Notes: a model not told the origin generated them from the sequence alone. Positions 1 to 13,558 are shown, counted from the first letter of the stretch. The stretch: DNA of 64,000 nt from Azolla caroliniana (GCA_043228905.1 JBHGNT010000003.1:9424001-9488000); one strand, 5' to 3'. A program made the numbers and translations.

Positions 1-119
1 CAGTGGCCCCTCTAATTCAAGCTCCTTTTACGCAACCTATTCCAGATAATGCTTGATTAGCACATTTTACCCTTAAAGTTATTTATAACACAATCACATA
101 CCATCAAAACAATACTTAC

Positions 120-801
120 CTGAATCTTATTTCTAATCGTTGTAACAACGGAAGTAACTTTGCTCTCCATTGCAAAAGCCATTGTGGCTTTCTCTAAATC
201 AATCTTAAAAAATGCCAATGTCTCACAGGCTTCATGAACATTGTTTAGCATATAGCTAACCAATGTCTCACATGTATCATCGACATTGGCTTTCCTTGGG
301 TGTCGGTGTGGTGTATGCCCCCGGTCTTGCTGGGAATCGGCAGTTGCATCAACAGCTGCCATGCTCCAAAATCTGTCTATTTTTTGTGCCAAGGTCCCCA
401 TCTTTCGGCATCTTTTTATCGATGCCTCACCATAGACTGCCCAAGCTACCCTATACATTTCAGGGTCTCTGGATTCCTTCGTTGTTTTGCAGTACTCATA
501 TGCAAATGCTCTAGCAAATGAAACTGACAACTCATTGTTGACTGGGATCTCCTGATGAACTTTCTGGTGCAGCCTCATGCAGTCATCGTACAAGTCGGCT
601 CGTACATGCTTCAGCTTGACCTTGCCTTTGACTCTAGGCACTGTATATACTGTCATCCAGTCTACATCATTGATCAATTTATCACTTAGGACAGTAGGGT
701 CAACACCCTCGAGTGACAGACCATAGGTGTTGTGGAAGTCCTCCTTTGTCTCGCAAAATTTTGCAAAGTTTAGCACTCTCGGATACGGAGGAACGAGCCA
801 T
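120..801 (-). CDS. Internal exon of a spliced gene of unknown function, probably transposon-borne
   Basis: ORF 57..818 is bounded on the minus strand by an acceptor TTTCAG| at 802 and a donor CAG|GTAAGT at 119. No recognisable domain. Confidence 0.45.
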
Positions 802-854
802 CTGAAATGATATTTCAAAAATCAGAAATAGTGCAAAATCAGAATATGTCAGAA

Positions 855-1370
855 TTAGAAACCCCAATCAACAACAACAAAAATAGTGTAAAATCTTTAA
901 CTTAGCAAATCAGAAACCCTAATCATAATTTGTATTCAGAAATTTGAAATGAGAAACCCTAATCAAAATCTGTAATCAAAAGTTTGAAATGAGAAACCCT
1001 AATCAAAATCTGTAATCAGAAGTTTGTAACTAGAAACCCTATTCAGAAATTCTAATCCAAAATTTATAATCAAAAACCCTAATAAGAAATTTCAATCAGA
1101 AACCCTAATCAGAAATTTCAATCACAAACCCTAATTAGAAATCCTAAACAGAAATTTATAAACAAAAACCCTATTAAGAAATTCTAATCTGTAATCAAAA
1201 TTTGTAACCAGAAACCCTATTCAGAAATTCTAATTAGAAATTTATAATCAAAAACCCTAATCAGAAATTTCAATCAAAAACCCTAATCAGAAATTTCAAT
1301 CACAAACCCTAATCAGAAATTTATAAACAAAAACCCTAATCAGAAATGTCAATCAGAAACCCCAATCATC
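855..1370. repeat. Telo-box (AAACCCTA)-containing minisatellite, ~16 degenerate copies
   Basis: Recurrent AGAAACCCTAATCAGAAATTT-like units every 20-45 bp, inside the putative intron. Confidence 0.85.
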
Positions 1371-1837
1371 ACTAAAGACAGGATTAAACACAAAAAAAGT
1401 AATATAAACACACCTGCTGCTACTCCCCGATCTACGAGACATCCTTGTATGGGACTCCAAGGACTTCGCCCTATTCGATTTTGGAGAAATATGAATCGAC
1501 ACCAAAGTTCAGACAGTAGTCAAAAAGAAAAACCAAATGTTTGGGGTTTCTGTAACTAAAACATACCTGGACGATGATCGAATGGGTTCTGTGTTGTAGC
1601 TCTCAATCTGCAATGCCGATTTTCTGTTGCTACGGGAGCTACGTCTGCGTTCGTGCTCTGAGTACTCCATCTGCGTTCAAAATCAAACTTAGGCTAAACA
1701 GGAAATTGATGACATTGAAGTCGACCTTAGATGATGGTGCTATTCCCCAAGTTCCACTACGTCTGAAACGGAAGTTCAAATATTTGAGTTTTTTCATAAA
1801 TTAGTTTTTCAAATATTTGATTTTCCCACAAAAAAGA

Positions 1838-1898
1838 CTAGCTAAAAAAATAGCTAATTAGCTATGGCCATTTTAGTAGCTAATTAGCTATAATAGTG
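1838..1898 (-). mobile_element. Possible CACTA-type transposon terminus
   Basis: The minus strand begins CACTATTATAG at 1898, followed by palindromic TAGCTAATTAGCTA subterminal repeats. The other end is not in the window. Confidence 0.35.
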
Positions 1899-2039
1899 TT
1901 TCCACTCGCATGCTTTTACCCAATACACAGACTCTTCGTCTCTCTTTCACTCATCACTCTATACAATGTTAGGTATTCATTTATATACTAAGCCCTAACT
2001 TATTGACGAGTTCACACTCGGACGGATACAACTTAGAAG

Positions 2040-5000
2040 GAGTCAGCCTTTTATGCCAATAGTTTCAGCTTGTACACCCACTTGTTCCGGAGTGCTCTCT
2101 TTCCTTTCGGCAACTCTGTCAGTTCATATGTGTGGTTCTCATGCGGGGAGTCCATCTCATCCTACATGGCACTCAACCACTTGCGGTTGTGGGTGACTTT
2201 CTTTGCTTCTTCGAAGCTTTTTGGGTCTTGTCCGGTTCCAGTTTCAGCTTCCTCTTCTTCTTCTTTGGTCGGTTCAGTTTCTGCTTCAAATCCGGCCGGT
2301 TCTTCGGTTTCTGGTCCACTTCCAGCCGGATGGGTCCTTAGCTCCTTCAATTGATCTTTGCCTATCGACCCGGATTTCATTATCTTTTTCTCCGACTCCC
2401 AGTCAGCAATGGTCTTATCCTCCATGAAGATAATGTCCCGACTTTGGAAAACCTTCTTATCGACCAGGTCCCACACTCGGTAGCCAAACTCGTCATCGTC
2501 ATATCCGAGGAATATGCATGCCCTGGACTTCGGATCTAGCTTTGCTTTCTTGTCCTTTCCAACATGCACATATGCGAGACACCCGAACACCTTCAGATGC
2601 CGGTAAGACACGTCTTTACCGGTCCATACTCTCTATGCTGTGTCTCCTTCCAAGGGTGCCCAGGATGACTTGTTAATCACATACGTTGTCGTCATTAGCG
2701 CCTCAGCCCAAAACGTTTTGGGTAACTTTGCATGTGTTAGCATGGTTCGAACTCTCTCCATTATGGTCTGGTTCATTCGTTCGGCCAACACGTTCAATTC
2801 CGGCGTCTTTGGCACGGTGAATTCAAGCCGGATTCCCTTCGACCGAAAGTATTCCTCGAACTGCCCCCGGTATTCTCCTCCGTTATTTCCTTGAATCACC
2901 TTCAGCTTTCGGCCAGTTTCTCTTTCCACTCTTGCATTGAGCTCCTTGAAGACGGATAGCACCTGATCCTTTGTCTTCAGCGGTGAGACCCACAGCTTTC
3001 GGCTGTGGTCGTCTGTGAACGTCACGAAGTATTGCGATCTGGCATGTGACTTCGTGTCCACTTGACACACATCAGTATGCACCAACTCCAGTGGTGCATT
3101 CCATCTCATTGATGGTCTTGACCGGAAGGAGGTCTGGTTTTGCTTGCCGACTAAGCAATCAGTGCACTTCTCAAGATGCATGTCTTTCACCTCCAGAATG
3201 AGGTTGTTTTCAGCAAATCTTCTCATCCCCTTCTGGCTCATATGACACAGTCTCTTGTGCCATAGCTCACCGGCAGTGTTAGATGCTATGTTCACTTCTT
3301 CCCGGCATATCCAGGCATGCATCAGGTACATTGTGTTGATCTTCCGGGCTCGAGCTACAATCAAGCTTCCCTTACTGAACTTCATGACTCCGTTCCGGAT
3401 GCTACCCATGTAGCCTTCATCATCTAGACGACCGGCTGATATCAGGTTCAACCGAACCTCCGGAACATGTCTGACTTCTTTCAACAACAATTTGCATCTG
3501 ATTGATGTCGTCAACAACACTTCTCCTATGCCGATGATTCGGCAGGTCCCTTCATTCCCCATCCGGACACAACCATGATCTCCGATTGTGTAGGATGAGA
3601 AGCATCTCTGGTTCGGTGTTAGGTGGAACGACGCTCCAGAATCGACAACCCACGTTGTCTCGTCCCCAACCAGGTTTAACTCATTCTCCTCGGTAGTGAG
3701 CATCAATTCTTCTTCGCTTTTCGCGATTGCCAACGTTCCCTTCCGATCCGAGCCTTTCCGGTCCGAACTACCCTTCTTCAAATCGGCACTGTCGGTTCCT
3801 TTGTCTTTCCGGAAATGCCGACAATTCTTTTGGAAGTGCCCCGACTTCCCACAGTAGAAGCAACTAGGCTCCCCCTTGACATCGACCTCGTCCCCAATTT
3901 GTCCCGGTTTTGGGGAGTCTGATACCGACCTCTTCCCCGGTTGTGGTCATCTTCCGTAATCAAGGCCTTTGGATCAGTTCCGGACTCCCGGTCTTTACGG
4001 TGAGCTTCTTCATCTAGCAAGCTTAATTTTACCCTTCCTAGGGACAACTGCTTTCCTTCTGGCTCGGTGTTGCCCAACGTGACGACCAATGTCTCCCAAC
4101 TATTCGGGAGGGAACCAAGCAGGAGCAATGAGAGTACCTCATTCGCGAGAGATACTTCCAACGAGGTTGCTTGGTGTATTAGCCCCTGGAAGGCATTCAT
4201 GTGCTCCGCCATACTGGAGCCATCTTGGTACCAGAGCCTCAATAACTTCCGGAATACCGAAACCCGATTAATGACATTTTTGTTCTGGAACATGATGTCG
4301 ATCTTCTCCCAGAGTTCATGATCCTTACTTTCTTCATTGAAGTTGTTGTATAGGCTCATGTCAATGAAGCACCGGATGTACGTCGTCGTCTTCATATGCA
4401 TCACCTTCCATGTCGCGACATCGATCTTATCCTGTTTCTTGTCCCCGAACTGTACTGGCAACCAAAGATCTTTAACCACCAGCATGTCCCTCATCTTTGA
4501 CTTCCACACTGAGTAGTTGGAGCCGATAAGCTTGAACATGCCGCTAAACGATTCTTTCATTTCTTGTGTTGTTCGCTCTGATACCAGTTTGTGCGGAAAA
4601 TAGTGCTCGGCCACAACCGAGTCTTAAACAACGAATGGAAGGAAAAAACAAACCAAGAACTAGATGACACATGATGTTTACGTGGAAACCCTAAATGGGA
4701 AAAACCACGGGAGCCCACGGACTCCAACTATCACTATAAGGGGAGGAATACAAAGTGGAAACACAGAGGCAACGACCTCGTGCTCGCGATCTTCGCCAGC
4801 CGGCGGTTACAACAGAAAACTCATTCTATGTGTGTGTGTGTGTGTCTCTCTCTCTCTTTGTGCATACTTTATCAACTTTGATAAAGTAATTACCCTAAGT
4901 CATATTTATACTTATATGACATTTGGGCTATTTACAAATATAGCCTCGATGGGCTCACCATGAAACATATTTACACATATGTCTTTGGAGCCGGTTTGCA

Positions 5001-5116
5001 CCGGATCCATCCAGATTCACTCAATCCGGTTTTCGAGTCTCATCTAGAACCCTTCCGGATCTGGTTCCTTCATCTAGCTCGTCCTGTTCTCATCCGGAGG
5101 GACCGAATTCCTAACA
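2040..5116 (-). mobile_element. 3'-truncated Ty1/Copia LTR retrotransposon (Tork/Tnt1-like)
   Basis: 5' LTR 4590-5116 (TG..CA) and PBS TGGTATCAGAGC (tRNA-iMet) at 4575-4586. Gag, PR (WVVDSGAS), INT (WHKRLCH..C..C, LVHTDVC) and the RT start follow in Copia order. Confidence 0.92.
2070..4560 (-). pseudogene. gag-pol: Copia gag-pol, disrupted and truncated at the start of RT
   Basis: ORFs 3778..4614, 2633..3781 and 2162..2611 carry Copia motifs and are separated by frameshifts or stops. Confidence 0.9.
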
Positions 5117-5599
5117 CCAAGATGAATAATTGCTCCGGTCTAGCTGTCAGGAATAGTACTAAAGCAGAGATGGAATTAGTACTAAAGAAGAGCAGTACTA
5201 TTAGTACTAAGAGGACGGGACTGCGTAAGATTCCCGAGAGAGGAAGTGAGAAGAGGAGAGAGAGAGATAGCGAGAATGAGAGAGAGAGAAAGATGATGAC
5301 AACAGCTAATATATTATGTGAAAAGATAAGTACAAGCGGCTAAGAGGCTTAAGACTGGCGTTGAACCAATTTGGTTCAAAATAATGCCTTGTGCCTCCTT
5401 TTATAGTGTTTTTAGGAATAATCCTGAAGCTTCTAGAAAGTTCTAGAGAGATCTGGAATATACATCAATTTTCTATGATAAAGCATAAATGAAAATAATA
5501 TCCTACAAATTACAATTCATAGTCTAATGGTAAGAGCTCGACCCATGTAGCATAAGGTCATGGGTTCGAGTCTTGCCATATCATGACACTATCTCCCCC

Positions 5600-8330
5600 T
5601 TAAAGACGACGAGTGGAACGAGTCGGCGCTGATTGCGGATTGGGTTTGTCCGGATACTTTCGGTGGAAATCAGCAAGAAGATCCTGAGCATTGGCAACAT
5701 GCTCAACGGGTTCCCAAGTATGTTCGCTCGAACTATAACCGAGCCAATCGACCAAATAATAAAGTTTGTTGCGAACAAGCTTGGAATCGAGGATGGCAGC
5801 AACTTCATACTCCGGGCCGGTGTCCAACTCCAGCGGGGGCGGCGGTGGTGTCACACGATCAGGAATGGTGTTTGCTTTATAAGGTTCAAGAAGAGAACAA
5901 TGGAAAACCGGATGAATCTGAAGCTACGGAGGGAGATCAAGGCGGAATGTGACCTCATTAATCTTACCCGTAATACGGAAAGGACCGAGTCGTCGATAAT
6001 CCAACTTGTCGCACGGTCGAGTAGTCTTGATGTGACGACGTAAGAGCCATACTCGATCTCCGATGGCAAAAGAGGAGGGAATCTGATGACGATCCACATA
6101 AGCCTTCTATGTGTGTTGAGCATGACGAAGGTGAGTAGAGAGATCCATCTGGATCTTGCCTAGCCTCTCCAAATGATCCTCGGCGCTTTTTAAAGAATAA
6201 CAAACCATCATGATATTCAAATTGTCGGTAGTCAATACCTGGTTGTTGAGACTGAGAACAGGATTCTCGAGAAGTATCAATGTGCGCCAGGATGTCTTGA
6301 GCAAAACTATTCGTCTTCAAGGTTGCACGTATGTCATCGGTAATCCGTGAATCCATTGGGGTGTGAAAAATCCGCGTTGTGTGCAATCGTGTTGGTCCCA
6401 AGATTACTTGCTTTTGATTATCAAATGTTGCATCACCAGGACAAGGTGCAAGATATGAACGCCGTGATAGTGCATCTGCTTTTCCTTGCTGCTTCCCCGG
6501 TCGATATGTGATTTTGAAGTCGAAACGCGTGAGGAATTGCGCCCACCGAGCTTGTCGTCGATTTAGTACGCGAGCGTTCTGGAAATAAGGAAGCTTTTTA
6601 TGATCGCTAAAGACAATGACCTGATGTGGAGAGCCCTCTAAGAAATGCCGCCATTGCACAAATGAATCCACGATGGCTAATAACTCCTTGTCATGTATTT
6701 CGTAGTTGATTTTCGTGACATCGAATTTGCGCGAATGGAAAGACACAGGATGCAACTCTTCTTTATCTCCTTGTTGAGAAAGGATGCTACCGAGGGCGAA
6801 ATCGGATGCGTCGGCCTCCATGATGAATGGTTTGCTTGTATCCACATGAGCTAGAATCGGTGCTGATGTAAAGGCTTTCTTAAGATGCCGAAAAGCCATA
6901 TCTGCTTCGCTAGACCAAAGAAATGCTTGGCCCTTCTTCGTAAGTTGTGTGAGAGGTAAAATAATCTTCGAGTAATCCTGTATAAACTTACGGTAGAAGT
7001 TAGTAAAACCTAAAAAGCATTGTACATCTCGTACCGAATGTGGAGTTTGCCACTCTAGTACAATTTGGATTTTAGCTGGATCCATGGCGATGACCTTTGA
7101 GGAGATGACGTAGCCTAGAAATTCCACTTGCTTGTAGTCAAAGCTACATTTTTCTAGCTTGGCATAAAGACCATTCTCACGGAGTCGCTTTAGTACTAAT
7201 AGTACATGAGAATCGTGCTCTTCCTGGGTCTTCGAATAAATCAATAGAACATCTAGATAGATGATCAAACAGATATCCAAGAGGTCTCTGAATATATCAT
7301 TTGCCATGTGTTGGAAGACTGCGGGTGCATTGGTTAGGCCGAACGGCATAACGGTATACTCGAAATGCCCATACCGCGTGCGAAAGGCAGTCTTCCATTC
7401 ATCTCCCGGTCGGATCCACACGAGGTTATACGCTCCTCGTAGGTCGATTTTTGTAAAAAACTTGGCACCATTAACGACGAGACGAAGTGAGCCATCTTTC
7501 TTCTTGACAAAGAAGATGGGTGCACCGGCCGGAGATTTCGAATGATGGATGAACCCGCTTGCCAAGTTCTCCTCTATGTAGGCTCGAAGGACTTCTAACT
7601 CGGTGGGTGACAAGTTGTAAATTGGTCCCCATGGTGGCTCGGTTCCTGGTTGTAAGTCGATGGGACAGTCATAGGGACGGTGATGAGGAAGGGTACCGGC
7701 TTTTACCTTGTCAAATACATCGGCATAAGGATGATATTTTGCCGGAAGTTGTACTGAAGAGTCCTTCTTAATAGTGTTGGAAGGATGTACTGATATTGCA
7801 AATAGGAACATTGCCTCCTTGGGTCCTTCTTCGCGTAGTTGATGGAGTGAAATGGTCGAAACTCGGTGAGTAGATTCTTGGGGTGGTCGATATCGAACTT
7901 CTCTTGTTCTCCAATCTATGGCTGGATTATGTAATTCAAACCAAGGTAATCCTAGGACAATGGGATGCTCTAGACTACTAATTATATTAAATGATATTAC
8001 ACACACAAAACTACCTAGGACAACTTGAATGGGTTCTAATTCTTCTACAATATTCCCGGAAGTAATGGGACGACCATCAATGACTACAGATGCGGGACAA
8101 GGAAGTTTTCTTAAGGATATCTGAGAAGCTTGGGCAAAATTTCGATCCATGGAATTAGCTCCGGAATCTAAAAGTGCTAGGACGGGTACTGGGAGAGTAC
8201 TTTTAGTACTAACAATGACTTGGGCTAGGAACACATTGCTAACTTGCTTGGAAGGAATGGAACCACTAATGGGCTATACAGATCTAGGGCTGTTGTCCAA
8301 CCAAACGGCTCCTATTTTGGCTGGACTCAA
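5600..8330 (-). pseudogene. pol: Chromovirus pol (PR-RT-RH, integrase core deleted, C-terminal chromodomain)
   Basis: LLDSGANS, YLDV (degenerate YLDD), EADASDFALG and chromodomain EYEVAAILDSK..YLVDWLGY..TWEP (5600..5854). Confidence 0.92.
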
Positions 8331-9481
8331 TCGTTTAACTCTTCATCTAAGTGACTAAGGATTTCAAATTTATTTGAGATACTTGGGCTATTAGTACTAT
8401 GAATACTATCTGACACTCTATTAGTACTATTAATACATTCAGACACTCCGAAGGGAAGAATTGACTCGGGTTTAGTACAAGCGACGATTTGATTTACCTG
8501 TCTTCTTGGCCTATGGGGACAATAGATGGCGATATGCCCTGGTCCACCGCAATAAAGACATAATCGATTGGCACGTCGTCGTTGCTTTTCTTCTTCCGAT
8601 AACGGGCCACGTCGACGCATGGTGTCAATCTCCATCGGTGTCGGAATATTGGCTTAAGGTACATCGCGTGCAAACGGTTTAGCCGTGATTGAGGCGTATG
8701 TGGGTTCCGGCCGAGAGCGTGGTATTTGTAACTGACGTTCTGAACGCCGCTTGAAAAGGCGGTTGTCGCATCGGACCGCTCGACTGATTGCCTCCGTAAG
8801 AGACTTTGGTTCTTCGGGGAAGGTTAAAAGCAAGTCTTCGACATCGTTGCGCAAGCCGTAGCGAAACTACTCCATGAGGGCCTGATCATCCCAGGGGATA
8901 TCTGAGGCGAGTAGACGGAAATCTGCTGTGTAGGCAGAGGCTGGACGATCGCCTTGACGCAATCTTCGGATCTTGTTGATCGCCGTCCTGATGCTGTTGG
9001 TATCTCCAAAGCAGGCTTTAAACTCACCAATAAAATCTTCAAAGTTATTAAGCAAGGGCGATTGTTTTTCTAGAAGCGGAGTGAACCATGCCAAGGCTAA
9101 GCCGCTAAGTAGCGTGCCTATTAGGCCGACTCGAGATGCATCAGTGGGATATCGGGAAGGATGCATCTGGATGACTAAGTGTACCTAATTAAGGAATCCC
9201 CGGAATTGCGATCGCGTTCCATGAAATTTCACAAGAAGTCCAATCTTAGGCTCTTTATGAAATCCTTGGGGACTTGATCCTTGTTGTTGCAACGCTACTT
9301 TGAGTTGTTGTACTTGTAATGCTAACTCCCCATGTTGTTGCGTTTGTTGTTTTTCTACAGCGATTTGTTGTAGATCCCCAATCAACCGTTGGTTTTCTTG
9401 TTCCAGGGCAACAAACTTTTCTTTTAGGCACTGTAGCTCGGAGAAAACGGATTGGTATTCTTGGGCACTAACAGTAGTCAT
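8327..9481 (-). pseudogene. gag: Chromovirus gag with in-frame stops
   Basis: Four same-frame ORF pieces, homologous to the intact gag at 59411..60535, with zinc knuckle [14 protein letters not shown]. Confidence 0.92.
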
Positions 9482-10196
9482 AATATAGGGAAAAGGGTAG
9501 GAGGATGAGGGAGAGTGACAAGTAGGCTGGAGGAGAAAAATTGGTTCAAACTGTCAGGAATAGTACTAAAGCAGAGATGGAATTAGTACTAAAGAAGAGC
9601 AGTACTATTAGTACTAAGAGGACGGGACTCCGTAAGATTCCCGAGAGAGGAAGTGAGAAGATGAGAGAGAGAGATAGCGAGAATGAGAGAGAGAGAAAGA
9701 TGATGACAGCAACTAATATATTATGTGAAAAGATAAGTACAAGCGGCTAAGAGGCTTAAGACTGGCGTTGAACCAATTTGGTTCAAAACAATGCCTTGTG
9801 CCTCCTTTTATAGTGTTTTTAGGAATAATCTTGAAGCTTCTAGAATGTTCTAGAGAGATCTGGAATATACATCAATTTTCTATGATAAAGCATAAATGAA
9901 AATAATATCCTACAAATTACAATTCATAGTCTAATGGTAAGAGCTCGACCCATGTAGCATAAGGTCATGGGTTCGAGTCTTGCCATATCATGACACTAGC
10001 TTTTCACTAGGGAGCAAGCTACTGATTTGTGTGTTCATTTTGATGTAGTGTCTTTTGTTTTGCTTTTCTTCCTTGGATTATGTACTCATGCTACGTAGTG
10101 GCACTACGGTAGTGGATAACCGGAATTTTTCGTCGGCGTTTCGAACACACAATTATGAAGAGGCAGATGGGCTTAGTGGATGTGCTAAACCACACA

Positions 10197-10648
10197 CTCT
10201 AATACCATGTTAAGAATTAGGTAATCAAGCAAGGGTTAATTAGTACCTAATTATGTGATTAAGTTAAGCGGAAGATTAAGTGATATGTGTGTGTATGTGT
10301 GTGAGAGGAAGAGAGAGAGAGAGAAGTACACTTATGACCAACACAAGATGGGCGATGATTAACTCTATATTCAATTAGCATTATCATCATCAAATACAAA
10401 AATACCTACAATGAGGTTTATATAGATCTCATGTGCAAGGGTGCACATGTGTGAGGATAATATAGGTACAAATGTGTAAGTCCTATATTAAATGTACTTA
10501 GGAGTGGAGGATCTAGAATATCCCACTTAAATACAAGGTCCTATTTAAGGTGTTATAGTCAACACTCCTAACTAGATTCTATCTAGGTAACTACGAACTT
10601 ACATGGTTGACTAAATAACTAAACTAAATTGAGCTTGATCTCTCAACA
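10197..10648 (-). mobile_element. LTR (10208-10648) plus degenerate iMet PBS of an older LTR element
   Basis: TGTT..AACA termini, with TGGTATTAGAG adjacent on the minus strand. No coding remnant recognised. Confidence 0.6.
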
Positions 10649-10959
10649 AAATACAATCCACTCTATTATTGATTTGTCTCAAAATGTAGACCATTGCTCT
10701 CAAGTTATTGTCGTGTTAAGAACTTTATTTTAGAAACAATCTATTGTAACTTTGTTTCGGACCAAGATGCATTACCATGGAAGAACGGACGATTGGCAGC
10801 CCACATATTTGGTTTTTTATTTGCATTTTTAAATTATGTTTGGAGTTTGTGGTTACATGGAAAGATGGAATAATTCCCATAAAATGAGTATTTCTTAGCA
10901 AAAAAACGTGCTAAAAACTACAGAAAATGGAGGTCTAACTACAGAGAAAGATAGGGGAC

Positions 10960-13116
10960 ATTTTGTGTATTTTTAAATCTGATGTAATGCATCGCATCCA
11001 ACACTTGCAAAAAGAATCCATTGCATTGGATCAGATACTAGATGTATAGAGTATAATCCGATTCAATGCATCGTGGTTGTAAGTCATGCTTCTTGTTTGT
11101 CTTTGTGTTGTGTCTAGATCCACATTTAGGATCTGATTCACTATATCGGATTTATACTGGATAAATTTTTTTTTAAAAAAAGAAAGGATTTTTTGCTAAA
11201 ATTCGAAAAAATAAACAATGGATTTTCCGCTAAAATCTGAAAAAATCCAATTGTAATGCACTGGATTCCAGTTGAAAATCCAAGATTTGTTTTTCATTTT
11301 TTTACTTTTACCAAAATAAATAAAAAATGGATTTTTAGCTAAATTTTGAAAAAATAAAAAACCTTGAATTTTCAACTAGAATCCAATGCAATGCACTGCA
11401 TTTCAGTTGAAAATCCAAGATTTTTTTTTATTTTGTAATTTTTAAAAAATAATCCATAACAAAATAAAAACTGGATTTTCAGCAAAAATACGATGTATTA
11501 CTAGCTATTTTAGTCTATATAGATAGAATCCAATGCAATGCATTGGATTAAAGTCGAAAATCCTTTTCTCTTTTTTCTTTTTCCAAATTTTTTTATTTAT
11601 TGTTTTCATATAAGTTTGTTTTTTATTTCAACTGAAATCCAATGCACTGCGTAGGATTTTAGTCTATACATTAGACATCGTTGCAATGCATCAAATTTCA
11701 GGTGAAAATCCTGTTTATTTTCAATTGTTTTCCATTTTTTCGATAAATAAATAAACATATTTAAAAAATCCATTTACAACTGAAATTTGATGCACTACAT
11801 TGGGTTTCGATTGAAAATCCCAATTTCTTTTAGTTTTTTCATAAAACAATGAAATAATAAAAACAATATTGGATTTTCAATGGAAATCTAATGCACTACA
11901 TCGGATTTTAGTTAAAAATCCATTATAAATGAAAAACTAAAAACTAAAATCTTGGCCTTTCAACAAAATTACAATGCACTACATCGGATTTCTATTGAAA
12001 ATACATCATTTCAAATGGACATAATCACCAAAATTATATATGAAAAAAATCATGGATTTAGCAACAGGAATCCAAAGCAGTGCATCGTATTCCAATTGGA
12101 AATAATAAATAAGAAGAAGAAGAAAATTTGAAAAAAAATAACAAAAAGTTAATTTTCAATTGAAATCCAATGTCGCGCATCGGATTTCCGTTAAAAATCC
12201 ATTTTTTAAATTGTATTTATTTATTTATGGGAAAAATAAAAATACAACAAAAAAGAAAATCCATTTTTGCAATTTTTATTTATTTATTTATGGAAAAAAT
12301 TAAATAAATTCAGAAAAACAAATATAAATATAGATTTTCAACTGAGATCCAATGCATTACATTGGATTCTACCTTTATCGACTAAACTTTGCTGCAATAC
12401 AGCAAATTTCAATTGATAATACATTATTTAAAATTTTAATATTTTTAATCTTGTTATGGAGAAAATGACAAAATCAATAAATAATGAAAAAAATAAAAAC
12501 TTTGCGTATTTTCAACTAAAATCCAATGCTATGAATCAACTTCTAGATGTATAAAGTAAAATACAATGCAATGCATCAGATTTGAGATTAAAATTCAAGG
12601 TTTTTTAAATTTGTTTTATTTTTTAAAGATATTTAAAAAGTGGATTTTCAATTGAAATCCACAGCACTATATCATATTTTAGTCTATATAGCTAGAATTC
12701 GATCCAATGCATTATGTCTCAGTCGAAAATGCAAGAGTATTTTTTTAATGGAAAAGTTTTAAAACATTCCAATACATACAACATAAAAAATTCTAGATGT
12801 ATAGAGAAAAATTTGACAGAGTGTTCAGATCTAGATGGAATGAATTGGATTTCTATTTGATATCAAAGGGTTACTATGAAGGTCTAAGAAAAACAAAAAT
12901 ACATCTTTATGGCATTTTTTCGTTTTAAATGATTTGGGTAGAAGGTTTCTCTCACATAATCAAATATCATAAATAGAAAGTACATAATTAAATATCATAA
13001 CCAAAAAGTGAAGAAGAAAGAATGCATCAAGCATATCTACTCTTATATTGGATAATGTTTATATACTAGTGTATTGCAATTGGATGAAGACAATGCGTTA
13101 GTGGCCATTGATGATG
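10960..13116. repeat. AT-rich array of ~50-bp palindromes (GGATTTTCAACTGAAATCCAATGCA..GCATCGGATTTCAGTTGAAAATCC), copy 1
   Basis: Repeated self-complementary units separated by A/T tracts. Confidence 0.8.
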
Positions 13117-13486
13117 CGCACCCAAAGCGAGAATCATGCCACTAGACCAAATGCCCTTGTTACGACTTCATTTTCAGTTCAAACTCAAACGCCTCGCGTT
13201 GAGGTTAGGAACGTGGGGGCATTCGGAGAATTGAACTCGGGATCTCTCGCAACCAAAGCAAGAACCATGCCACTAGACCAACGGCCCTTGTTAACCTCCA
13301 ACAAACTTCGTTTTTAGTTCAAACTCAAACGCCTGTCGTCGACGAACATGGGGCCATTCTGAGAATTCAACTCTGCACCTCTCACACCCAAATAAAAAAT
13401 CAAGCCCCTAGACAAAATGCCCTTGATAGCCTACGACTTCGTTTTGAGTTCGAATTCAAACGTCTCTCATTCAGGTTAGGAACTTG

Positions 13487-13558
13487 GGGGCATTCCGAGA
13501 ATTGAACTCGGGACCTCTCACACCCAAAGCGAGAATCATGCCACTAGACCAAATGCCC
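13487..13558 (-). tRNA. trnP: tRNA-Pro(TGG), near-intact (one G-U pair in the anticodon stem)
   Basis: Full 72-nt cloverleaf with A and B boxes intact. Confidence 0.75.

Larger units (their letters stand above)
5145..9995 (-). mobile_element. Ty3/Gypsy chromovirus (Tcn1-like), both LTRs present, internally deleted
   Basis: LTRs 5145-5588 and 9552-9995 (444 bp, TG..CA, ~7 mismatches). TSD CTAGC at 5140-5144 and 9996-10000. PPT AGGGGGAGATAG. Gag, PR, RT, RH and a chromodomain are present. Confidence 0.96.

Noticed and set aside
855-1370. True telomere or interstitial telomeric tract
   Set aside because: There is no contiguous (CCCTAAA)n; the motifs are separated by 12-35-bp linkers.
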